Shown here in pieces: positions 40,257-54,429 of a stretch of 64,000 nucleotides of DNA. How positions within the stretch are numbered: position 1 is the first letter of the stretch; each line of letters starts with the position of its first letter. The stretch lies in the NCBI GenBank assembly GCA_009602735.1, contig WELA01002782.1, positions 1-64,000 on the forward strand, written 5' to 3'. This DNA comes from Mesotaenium endlicherianum. Taxonomy: Eukaryota. The notes under the pieces were generated by a model. It did not search any database, was not told where the DNA came from, and saw nothing but the letters and a program-made list of their open reading frames with translations. Position numbers and translations under genes: made by a program.

Positions 40257-43200
40257 ATGGCTGTGAAACTACAGGCAGCAAAAGTCCTGTATTGTGAAGG
40301 TAAGAGTGTTCTGTTGCTTCCACAGAGTGCTATCTTTCTTCCTTGTATGCATTTATGAGTCTATTGTCGTTTGTCTCTATCTGCATATGCAGGAAAGGCA
40401 ACTGTATCTGATGGCATAATTGCTATGAGTTTCTCCTTCATCTGTCAACATCCCTTCATCTCTCGTTATTCTTAGAAATTTCCACTTTCTGCTTCTGTTA
40501 TCTTGTGCTCCTTCTCAAGTGCATGCTACAGATATTTCAAATTTCAAGAAAGCTCCCTTGCAAGATGTGGTCGACTGTTTTGACCTATTGATATCATGTG
40601 GTCGATTCTTTGCAGTATGTAGTCTCCCGCCGGAGTACTGCGAGTATGGACCTGACTTCGAGAAGTGTAAGCCATGGCTGATAGACCACGCTCCTGATGT
40701 ATATCCGGAGCTGGCAAAAAGTAATTACTCTGCCACCCGTGCGCACTGAGTACTTGCCCTCCTATAACGCCTCTCCCAATGCCTCCTCTCTTTCCTTTGA
40801 CGCCAAATTTTTGCAGACCTTGAAGCACTAGCTGCCTCTGCTTGACTGGACAGGTTGAGTGTCCTTCCTGATGCCCAGAGCTCTCAAGAGCCGAGAGTGG
40901 AGGCAAGGGTCAGGATGTTGAGGTGGGCTGGGCATGAGGATGGACATTCTGGGAGGATGAGCGAACTAGGGGATCAGCTGCTGAATGCCTGTCACATGGC
41001 ATCCCGTCACATTCCAGCACAAAAATGCTCCTCATGCATGTCAAGTGCACTCGACACGCATGAAGGAGGGGGGCCTTGTCCTCCCTGTGCAGGGTGAGTG
41101 GGTGGATGCATGGGGGGAAGAGAGAGCTTTGGACATGTTGAGTGATGTGCCGGATGGGGAGGAAGAAGTGCGTGGTGCCAGTTGGTGAATGGCTATGGCT
41201 GCATTTACAGGGGAGTGCGCACGCGCTCGCTGGCTTGCTGGCAGGTGCAAGCTTCAGGGCTGACTGATCTGGCAGATCAACGGACAGTGACAGGAGGAGA
41301 GCTCTCCATGGCCACACGGCATCAAGCCCCTCTGAGCCCTGAGCCACTGGAAAAGGCAGAGGGACAGGAGGACAGCCAGCAGCAGGAAAGGCCGGAGGTT
41401 TTTCCAGGCCGAGAAGGAAGAAGGGGGAGAGAGAGGAAAAGGGGGAGGGGGGCGAGGGGGATGGAGGCGAGCTTATACTTTTCATTCTGTTTGGGTTGGG
41501 GGGCTGCTTCTGTGATGCAGTTGCGGCAGAGAAGGCAGCAACGGACGGTGTGGAGGGTCTGGGTTTAGTCGATGACAACCCCAGCACTTCTGGTACAACC
41601 CTATTCACCTTCCTCCCCTTCTCCCTTCCTTCCTTCCTCCCTTCCTCCCTTCTCCCCTTTCTTGCACTCCTCGACTTCGCTCTCCCTGTCCCAAGCAGCT
41701 GCCGCAAAACCCTGTCCCTTCAGTCCCCGACTCCACGCGCTTTCAGATTTAAAGAGCTTCTCTCTGCTGCAATACCCGGCACCAAGTATCAGAGTGGTGG
41801 GCTGCTTGTTCAAAATACTATCAGAGAGTGATCCCGTCATTACGACTGTCTGAGATTGCGCAGATGTCCAATGGATTGGTAATCCCTTTGTTGCGGTCGA
41901 GTTGCAGACTTATTTTCACTTTTCTTTGTTGAGCAACTTATTGCCCCATGGCTGGCCCCCTGCCCCTCTCTGCAGTTGACCAGCTTTGACTTCTGTCCTT
42001 GACCCGTGTCGACCACGGCACGTGCACATTCTTAGGGCCCCTCAACCCTGCACGCCCTGAGTTGCGAAGTTGTACTTCAAAGCTCTACCCCTTCAGCCTC
42101 ACTGGCCCTGGGTACACCTGCGCTTACTGCGCCAAGTAAGGTCTGTCTCTGTTAGTGAGGGCGCGAGTTTCTGAAGTTTCTGACACCTGCACTCGGGGAA
42201 GAGACTGCTTTCGCCAGCCCAGGGCAGTTTACCCGCTCAAGAGCACTGACATCTGCCGCCCTCCCGAGCGCTGCCAGCCTCGCGCTGACGTGGCCGAGCT
42301 GTGGTGAGCACGTGGCAGGGGCAGCCGGGAAGGAGCCCGCGAAAGAGGAGGTCAAGAGGTTGCCAGGTGGCAAGGTCAAGAAGAAGGTAGTCTTCCAATC
42401 TGCCCCCCCCCCCCCCCCCNNNNNNNNNNNNNNNNNNNNNNNNNNNNNNNNNNNNNNNNNNNNNNNNNNNNNNNNNNNNNNNNNNNNNNNNNNNNNNNNN
42501 NNNNNNNNNNNNNNNNNNNNNNNNNNNNNNNNNNNNNNNNNNNNNNNNNNNNNNNNNNNNNNNNNNNNNNNNNNNNNNNNNNNNNNNNNNNNNNNNNNNN
42601 NNNNNNNNNNNNNNNNNNNNNNNNNNNNNNNNNNNNNNNNNNNNNNNNNNNNNNNNNNNNCCCGCCCGCCCGCCCGCCCGCCTGCCCGCCCGATTGCTCG
42701 CCTTCTTGGAGAGCATACAGCCAGCCAGCCAGCCAGCAGCCAGCCAGTCAGTTTGTGCCAATCTAGCAGGTCTGTCGCAAGGCTGCCTGGCCTGGCCTGG
42801 CCTGGCCTGGGCGTCTGCGAATGACTCAAGAGGATCGGGCCTGTGGGGGGGCGATGGCCGAGCGAGCGGGGAGCAGGAGAAGCCGGAGGTGGTGGTGGAG
42901 AAGGTGACGCGCAACAAGCGCAAGAGCGTCACCATGGTCAAGGGCCTCGAGACCTTCGGTGCCTCCCTCTCCCCCCCCTCCTTCCCCCAGGCCTCCTGAC
43001 CCCACGGCACGCAACCCGCATACGCCCGCCCTGTCGCGCGCATGCGCCCATGCACAGCTTCTCTCTTCTGCCCATCTCTCCGTCGTTTCCTTGTGCGCTC
43101 CTGCTTTGACCCCTCGCGGCGTGGCCGCATTTTCGCTCGCGCATTTCATCTTCCTCCGTCTCTTTCTCTCTCCGCCTCTCCCCCTACGTTCGGCACCCAC

Positions 43201-44296
43201 CCGCCCATTCCACCGTCGGCCCACCTGCTCCACTCATGTTGCTGCTGCTGGTGCTGCCATTGCCGGTGGGGCTGCAGGCATCAAGCTGGGGGATGCGGCC
43301 AAGAAGCTCGGCAAGCGCTTTGCCAGCGGCGCGTCCGTGGTCAAGGTGCGCTCGCCCCCTCCTCGCGCCTCCCTTGCCCTTCCCTCATCCCCTCCCCCCC
43401 CCTGCCCGCCTCNNNNNNNNNNNNNNNNNNNNNNNNNNNNNNNNNNNNNNNNNNNNNNNNNNNNNNNNNNNNNNNNNNNNNNNNNNNNNNNNNNNNNNNN
43501 NNNNNNNNNNNNNNNNNNNNNNNNNNNNNNNNNNNNNNNNNNNNNNNNNNNNNNNNNNNNNNNNNNNNNNNNNNNNNNNNNNNNNNNNNNNNNNNNNNNN
43601 NNNNNNNNNNNNNNNNNNNNNNNNNNNNNNNNNNNNNNNNNNNNNNNNNNNNNNNAGGGGGAGGGGGGGAGGGGGGGCTGCAATGTGCCGGGGTTTTTGC
43701 TCTCAATCACTCAGTGGCGTGCACTGCCTGCCTGCCCTGCCTGCTTGGCTTCTTTTCGGCGCTTGTGGCATGCGGAAAGGTACCATCGACAGCAGCGCTA
43801 GCGTTATGTCGCGGTGCAGCCCGCAAGGTCCTCCCCCGCCCCCGCCTCCGGCCCACGGCCCCCGCCCCCGTTGTAGTGATGACATGCACAGCCAGCGCCT
43901 TGCATGGCAGCTTGTAGGGACTGGCTGCTGCATCATGGGCAGGCCTTCTCCCCTCCCACCTCTGAGAAGGCAGGAGGTCGGACGGGCGGCTCTCAAGCCC
44001 TGGGGGTCTTGCACCGGTGTTGGGCAGAGGGGTGTTGCTCTCTTTCCCTGCCGAGCTCAAGTGAGGTGAGGTGAGGTGAGGTGAGGTGAGGTGGCTGGGA
44101 GAGCTGGGCTGAGCTGAGCTGCGCTGCGCTGACCTGGGCTGGTCGAGTGGGGAGGGTGGGTGGGTGTGGGTGGGAGGGTGCAGGATGCGACGGGCAAGGA
44201 GCAGATCGACGTGCAGGGCGACATCCTCTTCGACTTTGCCGACTTCATCCGCCAGTCCTACCCCGAGGTGCGTGTGCCCCCTTCCTCTCATCTGGT

Positions 44297-44336
<40 letters not shown>

Positions 44337-44962
44337 ACACACACACACATACACACACACACACACACACACAGGCACGCAGAGGGAGTGAGGGAGAGGA
44401 GGGAGGGGGGAGAGGGCGCGCAGCCCATGCGTCGCGCCGTGATCACGGGTGGTGACGTACTTCCGCATGGGGTGGCGACGGGGCTGACTGACTCTCGGCT
44501 CAGGCGGCGTCCCATGAGCGTGAGCCAGCTGCTTGCGCCTCAGCATCTTCCTCATGTGATGACGCTCTCTGCGGCGCCCATGTCCTGTGGGGAGCATACC
44601 TGCGCTGGCTCAGCCCCTTCGCTTCAAGATGCAGCCGAGCAGACCTTTGACCACGTGGCACTTCCTGGAGGTGCCACCTGGCTCCGGTGAGGGTGGCCTT
44701 TCAAGACAGCCTATGACTCGATGGTGAAGCAAGGAGTAGTGCTGTGATTGTAGCATTTGTGGTTCTATGCCTGCGCGCGTGCACCTTGTGGCGGGGGCTG
44801 GCCACCCGGGGCTTGTCCCACTCATCTCTCATCTGGGCGGATGCCGTCAATCGCTGACAGCGACGAGCGAGGGTGTGACGCGTGGCGGCGGCGCGTTGCT
44901 TGCAGATACCGAGCGCGGCAATCTTCATGATCGAGGAAGGCAGGAAGGTGCCGGCCTTTTGA
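40257..44962 (+). CDS. DENR: Density-regulated protein / translation machinery-associated protein 22 (SUI1 domain), 8 exons
   Basis: Exons 40257-40299, 40616-40720, 41521-41592, 42319-42386, 42877-42958, 43278-43345, 44184-44267, 44906-44962. [78 protein letters not shown]. Confidence 0.93.
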
Positions 44963-46426
44963 GGGGGGGCACCCCTTTCTGCCAAGAGGAGTGCGCTGGC
45001 CCTCCATACACAGGCGCTGCTGCACGCCTCGCCAGCTGTCCACTTGGTGAACGTCCACAGTGTGCAAGCGTGCAAAGACACTAGCGACAGCAACCCAAAG
45101 CATGCATGTGATCTGGCCTCTGCCAGTGTGCACTGTATGGATGCCCTTAACATCTCCCGTGCCTTCTGGTCATCTGGAACCGCCGCCCTTGATGCCAGAG
45201 CGCCGCATTTCCAATCGTCAGATCCTAGGTGGCATCGCAGTCTGAGATGCGTTTCTCGAAGGAAAGTCTATCCCGCCATGTGAGGCGAAACTTTGTAGCC
45301 AATTTAGTGTGCACGGAAGCATGATCAAGTGCATCAACAGTATTGAGTTTTCTTCAAGAGAAATATCGGTGCTATAAGATGAGAGGAGATGTCAGCTCCA
45401 GCGTAGCTAGAGGAGAGGAAGTCGGTGCATCGCTCCTGCGTTAGTGGAGGAGCAGCTGGGAGGGGTAGAATCCACAGCCATGCAGCTGATTTGTAAAAGT
45501 AGTTTCACCAGGTGTCCTGTGAAAGACAAGGCCCCTGGAGGTAGGCCCATCACTTCAGATACATGAAGTGCATTCAAAGTGTTTTCGGATTCTGTCAAGC
45601 GGTGCGCACATGTATTGAGCTGAAACTTTTTGCCATTTTTATAGCAGTTCAGATATCCTTGATCTTGAGGAAAGCGCTCCTAGCTACGCAGCATGTGAAA
45701 GGTCCGAATTGGCGCTTTGGTTGGCTGCTTCGCGCCTGACTGGAAACCTGTGGACGGGCTGAGATTTTTCCCACTGTTACTCAAATATGCAAGGAGCCAG
45801 TAATTGTTTTTTTGTTGCTCATTTATATAACTTGTCGACTAGTGAGAGGTACAGCTTATTGTCCACCATCCAACGACAAGGAGCTAATTAAGAAAGGAAA
45901 AAAGGGAGAGAGGAATCTTAGAGTTGTCCCAGTCCACCTGCATTTGACTACTAAAGTAAAGAGTTGTCTGGCCTGGCGGTTTGAAATGACTTTTTTCGAG
46001 TAGAATTTTGGTCACACTCGAGTTCACCAGTGTAGGATTATAATTTAATTGCGCTGAGTGAAGCGGCATAACTAGCACCAACTAGCACCCAGTCGACCAG
46101 TTCGCACCGACTGGCACCGGCAGAGATGCTCGCCGAGTGGCACATGTACTGAAAAATTAACCAATACTACACTTGGTGCTCTCAGACCGGCTATTCAGCG
46201 CCTTGCAAGATCACAAGCCAGGAGGTAAAAGAAGATGCCAGCTAACTTTGGAAGAACGAGTGCGTCAGTCTGATGGTAAGATTCTTCATAAGTAGAATAT
46301 TTTTTCTAAAAGAATTGCTGCATAGAACGAGGCTCGTTTGCTGCACTCTTGAGAACATTGGTACACTCCTTGGCCTGAGATTCACGGAACTTATTTTTGT
46401 ATGCAACGAAGGAGAAATTCGTAAGC

Positions 46427-48440
46427 ATGCCTGCTCAAGTGATCATTTTCGATGTTATTGAGACTTTATTGGATATTAGTGCGCTAGACCCTTATTTTGA
46501 GAAGGCTTTTGGTCGAACAGGACTTCATGGCTCAGACATTCGTAAGCAATGGTTTGGGAGGATGCTTGAGGTTGCCTTTGTCTCCTCGATCATTGGCAAC
46601 TATTCGTCTTATTCAAAGTGCCAATCAGCTGCCCTTGATCTTCTAGCGTCGGAGCACAACACAACCCTCACAGATGGTGACAGGTCTGTCATATAGCGGA
46701 TGCTTACTAAGCAGCTCTTTGGCCCGCGTGCTGAGTCCAGGATTAATCCCATTGTATTTTAAGCACTCCGTTTCACGTACCAGGCTATCGATGTATGTGA
46801 ATCTCGTTAGTTCGTCAAATACATGAGAACGGGGCTATGTAGTTATGTACGCGTGAGGTATGCATAGAACACATTTTGGCACATGAAGCTAGTAATTAAC
46901 GAGGCAGCATGTTAACCTTCTGTGATTGCGGCTCCTTGCGGGGCAGAACCAGCCTCAGAGAATGCATCTCATCCTTACCTCCTCACGCGGATGCAGAACC
47001 AGCTTTGCTGCAATTGAAGGTATGTTGCAAACTGTTTTTTATGACGTGTATTAGACTGGCATTTCACTCATAGACTGGGGACATACAGGTGTATATTGTC
47101 ACTTGCATGTGATGGACTGCAACTCAAGCACACGTCAATAATTACAGGATGCCACGCAGCCTAAGATGCACTTGCCACTAAAAACATGCGTCCTGTTTGA
47201 TACCCATCGTCTTCATGTATTTGAAATGCAGGGGGTTGGACTGCGACTGGTGGCATTGACTAATGGGTCAGAGGATGTTGCCAAGAAGCAGTTGAAGCAT
47301 GCCGGTAGGTACTTCTCTCGGCACCTGTCATCTGATGTGGCACTGTTGGCCCTTCAGCTTCTTGTACCTGCCCTTACAGGCAAGGGTACTTGCCAAACTA
47401 GGTCTGAAATCTGGCAATTGCTCTAAGTTTGTTGCCTATCGTCAGCAATTCCGAGCACTGCCCAAATTTGGCTAGTAGTAATCTGCTGGATGCTACGCAT
47501 GTATCCATCTTCATGTTGGTGTGCAGGGCTAGATCACCTGTTCGAGGCAATCCTGTCCTCTGATTCTGTGCAGCAACCAAAGCCCTCTCCACGGCCTTAT
47601 CAGGTCTGCTGCCTTATCTGCTCCGCATCAGCGCGTGGGCCTTGAAGGTTTCTTAGAGTATCTATGGATGGGCACTGGCAGAGAATCAGTCATTGTCAGC
47701 AATCAGTCACGTTCCTTCAGGTTGATGTGAATTGTACGCCTTTCTTTCAGTCTGTACTCCTTTCCCTCAATCAGCCAAGCCAAAGACGTGAGGCTGAAGC
47801 TTCAGCTTTGACCTCATCAAAACCTCCACCTTCATCGACGCTTGTTGTTAATGAGGCCGGTTTGAGACCTTATGCTTGCCTGTTGGCGCCCTTCCTGGTT
47901 CTTCAATCGCTTGCGCTGCCCATCAGCATCCACCTGCAGAAGATGCCCACTTAGATGTAGAAGCAAGTGCTGACGGTTGAAGTTCGTGGTGAAGTATGTT
48001 AGCTATTGTAGCGATTAAGGTATGTGGAAGCAGACGCCGGGCAGTTTTAGGCTCTTAGTGAGATCCTTCCACGTGGCAATTATGAGACGTTTCCCACCTC
48101 GTCATCTGGTGTACCTTTGGGGGTGCACTCTGAACAGGTAGAATGGGCATTGAAGGAAACAGTAGCTGCCTGCCGGTGAAATGATTGATTAAAGCAGCAG
48201 TTTTCTCTTACGAAATGCGTGCAGATGGCAGCGGAGAAGCTGGGCGTAAAGATGGGTGATATACTCCTGGTAGCCGCACATGCTTGGGACACAGCAGGTG
48301 CCCAGCAGGCTGGCTGCTTGACTGCCTTTGTCGCCAGGGAGGGCAGGGCTCCTTACTCTACTGTTGAGCCTCCTTTTATCAAAGGTTCAGATCTGACACA
48401 AGTGGCACAAAGAATATTGGAAAGAAAAGGGAGCTGTTGA
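46427..48440 (+). CDS. Haloacid dehalogenase type II (L-2-haloacid dehalogenase-like, HAD superfamily), 5 exons
   Basis: Exons 46427-46683, 46947-47019, 47232-47304, 47527-47603, 48225-48440. Motifs IIFDVIETLLD, LTNGS, KPSPRPY, LVAAHAWDTAGA. Confidence 0.9.
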
Positions 48441-49563
48441 GATTGAAAACAGGAAACTTACTGCTAGGGGCAGTCATTCACGTGTATAGCAGTAAAATAT
48501 ACTTGTCTCTTATGTTTTTTTTCCAAGAAGACCGTGTGGATTGTAAAAGGACCAGCATTGACAGGCATATGCTACGCCAATAGTGCAGGGCACAATATTT
48601 GCATCAGTATAATGATTCGGGTGCACATCTAAGTCTACTTCAATCAGGTTAATGAAAATGGTCGCTTGTGGGCAGTTACTCAGCTTGGTCTGGAATGTCA
48701 AGCCCTTCAATTGAGTCCATATCATGACAAAAATCTTCTACTTGTCCGCACACAGCTGCTTTGTCTTTGGAATAAAGTAGGGCCTCCAAGCAAGCTATTG
48801 AAGTGTAAATTGCACGTGTTCAAATAAGACAGTAGTTCTGGGCTTACTTGTGTACTTCTTTACTTCTCCTTGCAGATAATCTTATCATATTATGGGCAGC
48901 AGGTGCCACCACAATCTTTTATTTTAGGACATATTTTGTCCCCTAACCGGTGTATGTAATGAGTCAAATATAGTACTGAAACTTCTGCAAGTATATCTCA
49001 TTTCACCAGAGAGATTCTTGCATTGGTGATATCTCAAGATGACCTCAAGGTTGCAACTGATCCATGTAAAAATCTGATTCATAAATTGGAGATCATGCAG
49101 CTGCAGGCTGTCTATCTTAAAATAACCAAGGGAAGAACTCACTCTAAGAAGCACATTAGGCTCTATGTTACTTCTGCACGCAAAAGCAAAATAGGGCATC
49201 AACCAAAAGTTGAGTACCAAGGGTAGAGTAGTATATTATTACTGCCATAATCCTGACAACTTCGGGTACACCTTGGTGGGCTGCTGCCACCTCTTCCTTT
49301 TATGAAGAATTTGATTGTCGACAATAGATCAACAAATTCCTATCTAAGCAAGACATGTACAAACCCAGTACAAAGATTCAGAGGGAGACTTCAAACTCGA
49401 TGTCGTCCCATGGTATACCAATCAGGCCTTAGGCCTCAATCTGCTAGCTTAGCCTGACCTCAGTATACCGGCAATTCGCTAATCATTTCCTACAGTTCAA
49501 TCCCCACCCTCGCTGTATTTACAATCTTAACCTACTTAAGCTGCCCTTACCGCACGCAGTCCA

Positions 49564-52203
49564 TTAATGTAAAGGCCTCAGCATGGTCAAAGCTAGTGCT
49601 CCAGCTCGTCTACATTGAGTTTGGGCAGGTGACGCTGAGTTGTCATGCTTATGTAGCTTCATACCTCTCCTAATCATATTGTTGACATGAAGTTTGCAAC
49701 TTCGTGCCATACGCCCTGAGAATTCAGGGAGCTTATGGCAACATAACTCATGCAGGTTCGTCAACGAATTCTTTTGTGCAGGCACAACTTGTGCAACCCC
49801 AGGTATCGACGGGCAAGTACCTGCAGTCCAGGAGGTCATGAACAGGAGGCATATGAGACCGAAGTATTGACAGAGAGCTGAAACTGCAGTCAATTTCAAG
49901 AAGCACAACACCCGGAAAAATCCCCAATATTCCCTGGCACTTCAATTGCCAGCCGACCTCTGCTTAGTGAGGAAAGCGGCTCCTATCTCCGACAACACAC
50001 ATACATAGTTGAAAAGGCACACTAACAGCAATTCAAGCTTTTGTGATCCAAGCTAAACCTTCGCAAACAACAGCGCTTGAGAGTTTGGTTGAATCCCATG
50101 GCAGCAAACTATGACCTCGGCCTAACAAAAGTTCGGAGGTGCTATTCAGTACAAGGGTGATCTCTGCAGGAGGTCTGAAGGACACCCATTTTGCCACATA
50201 GCCACAGGTCCGTTTTGGTCTCACAATCATGTTTGCCTTTCGTTACCCAGAAGTCTTACATATGCTCGGACTTGGTCACAAAAGCCAAACACTCCAATAT
50301 CACCTGCTACATGCTACTGCACGGGTAGTGAAGAAACGTACCTCGTGAGGCGATCTTGGGTGAAGCAGTTGAAACCCAGCTCATGCTGCCTGCTGTTGCA
50401 ACAGCTGCAGGAAGTGCATGATGCAGCAACGACTTTGACACGCCTGCCTTCGCCACCCGGGCATATCTTGGATTTCCAAGTAGGCGGGCTTGCCTACCAA
50501 CTGTCATGAATGCACGACCCAGGGTTCTCCCTACCAGAGGAACGTTGTTGACGGCCCTGGCAACTAGTCCCATAGATCTTGTGAGGACATCGGAACAAGC
50601 AGTGTGCCTCGCCCCTAGCCTCAAGGAGGCTGCAACTACTGTCGTCAACAATGAAAATCTACCTGCCCCTGCGATGATGGCCGTATTGTCCTTTTCCAGC
50701 GCAAGTTGCACCACACCAAGAAGGCGGTTCTGTACACTGTGAGGACTACAATTTCTTCTCCTGGCATTCTCACGCATGAGAAAGGCGGAGGCTCGGTCAA
50801 GACCAGTGGTCTGCTTGATGACCATGTCTACGTAGTGCCTGCAAAGAAACGGCACAAAACAGATCTGAGGAGGTCCACCTGGAAATAACAAAATTCCAGT
50901 CATCTGAATGGTTGCAATTTTTACGGAAATTACAGCTTGGACAGCAGCACCTTTCATGACCACAGTGCATTGTGACTAGTATTTGTATCATGGCCTGTCA
51001 TATTATTCATGTGTCATGCCAGGTACCATAGGAGCATCCACACGTATCTGCAAGAGATCAGACTCAGTCAGATTGCACTTGGAGTGAACATGACAGTATT
51101 GACAGTTGATAATCCAAACGGATCAGATTGAGTACCTGCAGTCGTTTTCGTTGAGCTCGTAGAACAGATTTTGCCCAGCATTTAGTTGTCGCACAGTGTG
51201 CAGGTTGGCAGACGAAGGGCCTATGTAAATAGCTGTCTCAGGTAGCATCTCCAGCTGCACCACCAAAAGCAGGCTATGAGCTTTTCTCCACCAACAGTAG
51301 AAACTGTCACCTAATCTGGAAGCTGTAATGCTGGAACTATCTCATGCTATATAGTATGAAGTATTCACAAGGCTACCTGAGCTATATCACTCCAAATTTA
51401 TTACTTCAGAATCACTTCCCACCTTGCAGTCCGTCCATAGCCCCTCAAGCACTATGGACCTGGTCAAATGACAACCTCATTCCAAACTCATGCAATTAGT
51501 GAGACCCTCACCTGTTCTTCCCGTATCTCACCCTTTGGCCCGGCATATATAGTAATATTTTCCCGTTGTAATTGCTGAATACATGCCATCTTCGAATTGC
51601 ATCGTCTCCTTGAACGAGATGAACCCGGGAAATCCATGACTATATCACCCCCTCTAGGTCCAAAGTCGAACTGCACTAGTTGTCCTGACGACGATTTAAA
51701 AATCGTCATGAAGTGGCAGACGCCCAGATCCCGCAAACTGGTCTGCTCAGTAACAGAATCAACTCACAACTTCATCAATTCTGGTTGCACATGCATAAAC
51801 AACCACAACCTTCACCTCTGCAGGTTCAATCTACTTGATTCCCAAATATTACAAAAGGAGTACATGTACTGTAGCAATAAAACTGTCACAGAATGGACAT
51901 CCACTTTGCAGCAACGGTAGCGAGGGTAGAGCCAGAAGAGGATTGCAGACTGTTAAAATCACACAACTCCGCTCCCAAATCAGCTGAACTACCCATTCTA
52001 TAAACGTACTAGGCGTGATGCACGTGAACTGCAGGCACGTAACCCACCTTGACATGAGGAGGTAAACGAGAATAAAAGTCACCAGGAACTTCTCGTAAAG
52101 GTCTGTAACATACATATACATCCCAGCTTTCTGATCCACATGCTGTCCTACTAGAACTATCTCCTGGTCTTGTTTCTGACCCACAACTTTCTTGTAAGGC
52201 CAT
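49564..52203 (-). CDS. Uncharacterised multi-exon protein, putative permuted papain-like (PPPDE/LRAT-type) fold
   Basis: Exons (minus) 52203-52048, 51742-51512, 51254-51136, 50838-50342, then probable exons near 50164-50058 and ~49821 onward (3' end uncertain). Motifs WDVYVCYRP, GVCHFMT, FDFGPRGGD, YELNENDCRHYVD. Confidence 0.7.
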
Positions 52204-54429
52204 CTCTGTAACTCTTCTTAGTCAGCGACCTGCTGGCTACCGTATGTTACAGTGCTTCGCGTTCTCTAAAAGAGTTGAGAATCTATGATCAGAGCGTCCA
52301 TAAATCACAGCGATCATTCCAGCATGAACTTGCCTGCCCAGTCTTCCCAAAAGGCAATACTTAACGTATACGCTGTGTATGGCTATCGCTTGGAAACTTG
52401 ACTGGACCTTCAACGCATAGTCACAGACTTATATTGTAGAATGGCTGTTCAAAATGTTGAACAACTCTAGATATTTACGAGCAGGACCGTCAGCGAGAGC
52501 GCAATCATTGACAATGAACTAAGAGCTTTACGGCTAATCCAAATTGATCGCTTCTTTGAATGTTCTTGCGACATCTGCGGAGGCAACGTTTAGAGCATCT
52601 GGAATAAGGGCAGCATATGTGTGTAGATGTTAAGCAGGGTGGCATATTTGCAGCGATGTGCTGCAGTCGCGACAGTTGATCCCATGGCACTTCACATACC
52701 GTCAATGTACAGGCGTCTAAAGTTCTCTTGACGAGGAATCTTGGAGCACTTTATGAATGCTGTTGAAAGAAGATGCCCAGAACTTGAAGATGCTCCCAAC
52801 TAGCTCTCAAATTGCTTCAAATGACTGCCACCTTTTTCGGAGCTTTGACGCTTCTCCGCACAACCCTCGCCTTGTTCTTTCCGAAATGCTCATGAAGCAT
52901 GCCTCGAAAAAGTCAGCCAGGCGTAATTCCGGGAAAATATGTTTGTCTTTTTGATGATATGAGTAGATGAAGTGTCAAACTTTCAGTTAATACATAGATT
53001 CAGTACCCCCTTAGATATTTTTCTGCCCGACATGTTTATCAGTCTTGTCGGTTAAAATCACGCTGCCAGAATTAGCCCCGCTTGGCTGACATCACATCAT
53101 TGTCCAACAGTCTTGACTGGTCTCGTTTCTCGAACCGGTCGTTGACAAACGCCCATGCGAAGTAGGTCAATAAAGTGCTAGCATATGCTATCTGGTGCTA
53201 GCTGTGCCCCAGTCGCTCAGCCTTGCTCGATCTCAACACAGGCAGGCCAAGTCCGGCGGCCCAGCCAGGCCCAGAAGTGGCCCAGCGGCTCCCAAATGCT
53301 CCCAAATGTTGGCTAATGCTGGCCTGATGATACTGGCAGTCATTCCGCCGTTTCGAACTGTTTCGAACAGTTAATAGATGGTTCGAAGTAGCACGTTAGC
53401 GATCAATTGGCAATCATTTGGCTCGGCACTGACAGGCTGCGAAAAGCTGCGACGTTGTAACCTCAAAAGCTATTGCACCAAAATGCATTGACCATTTTCT
53501 TCATCTCGCATGGAGTTGAACTTCGCCCGCACCTGCTTTCTCGGAACCTCGCTGCATTCTTCTTGAAGTAACATATTTGTGGCACACTCCAAGCAATTTT
53601 TGAATTATGCCGCATTCTAGGCAGGTGTATTTTCGTCGCTGTGATTCCTCGTGCTCCAGCTTCTCCTAGGAAAATGCCTTTCGAAGCCTGTGTGCACAAT
53701 TCTCTCTACAATTTCTCCTCTCGTAGCAGTAAGCTTATGCTCTTACACTGGTAGTGCATGTCTGTGTATATCTTGAAATTTGAAGTGCACTCATATCCTC
53801 CAGTTTCCGTGTTCAGTATCGCCCTATCTGCCATGTGCACCGATTGGCAGTGATTTTTCTATCAGCTGGTTTGTCCTCTAGTCTATCTGCTCGCCAGTGC
53901 GACCCTCGTGTTCTTGCTTCGTATTCATACACGCAATGCAACGCCACGGCTGAGTCAAGCACAGCAAGACGCAGTTGATTTGCAGTATTCATGCACGCTT
54001 TCTTCGTCAATCTATGGCCTATATAATAACGCATCATGGATTATTAGAGAGCTGACTTACAATTATTTGCACGGTTGTTTGCACGAAGAATATGTTGATA
54101 GTAAGAAGCAGGGTGATATGAATGCTCACTATGACAAGAAAATTCTATCTTCTCAGACACAACTTAGAAGATACTGTGGATCACAGTTAACAGAGATTTA
54201 TCTCAACCTCATCAACCAGCTTGCTCGAATCTGCTGACAAAAGCAATATGAACGTCAACAACATCGGATAGTGAGAACATTCAACTATGCTGCTTCCTTC
54301 AGAAGTCTTTCACGAGGTAAATTCATTGGAAGGCTTGCAGCTCGGGAAAATAGCAACATAAGCATGCGAGACTGTGCCACTATTTTCTTACAATTCACTT
54401 GTGAGTGGTGCAACAAGTACAAGTTCCTC

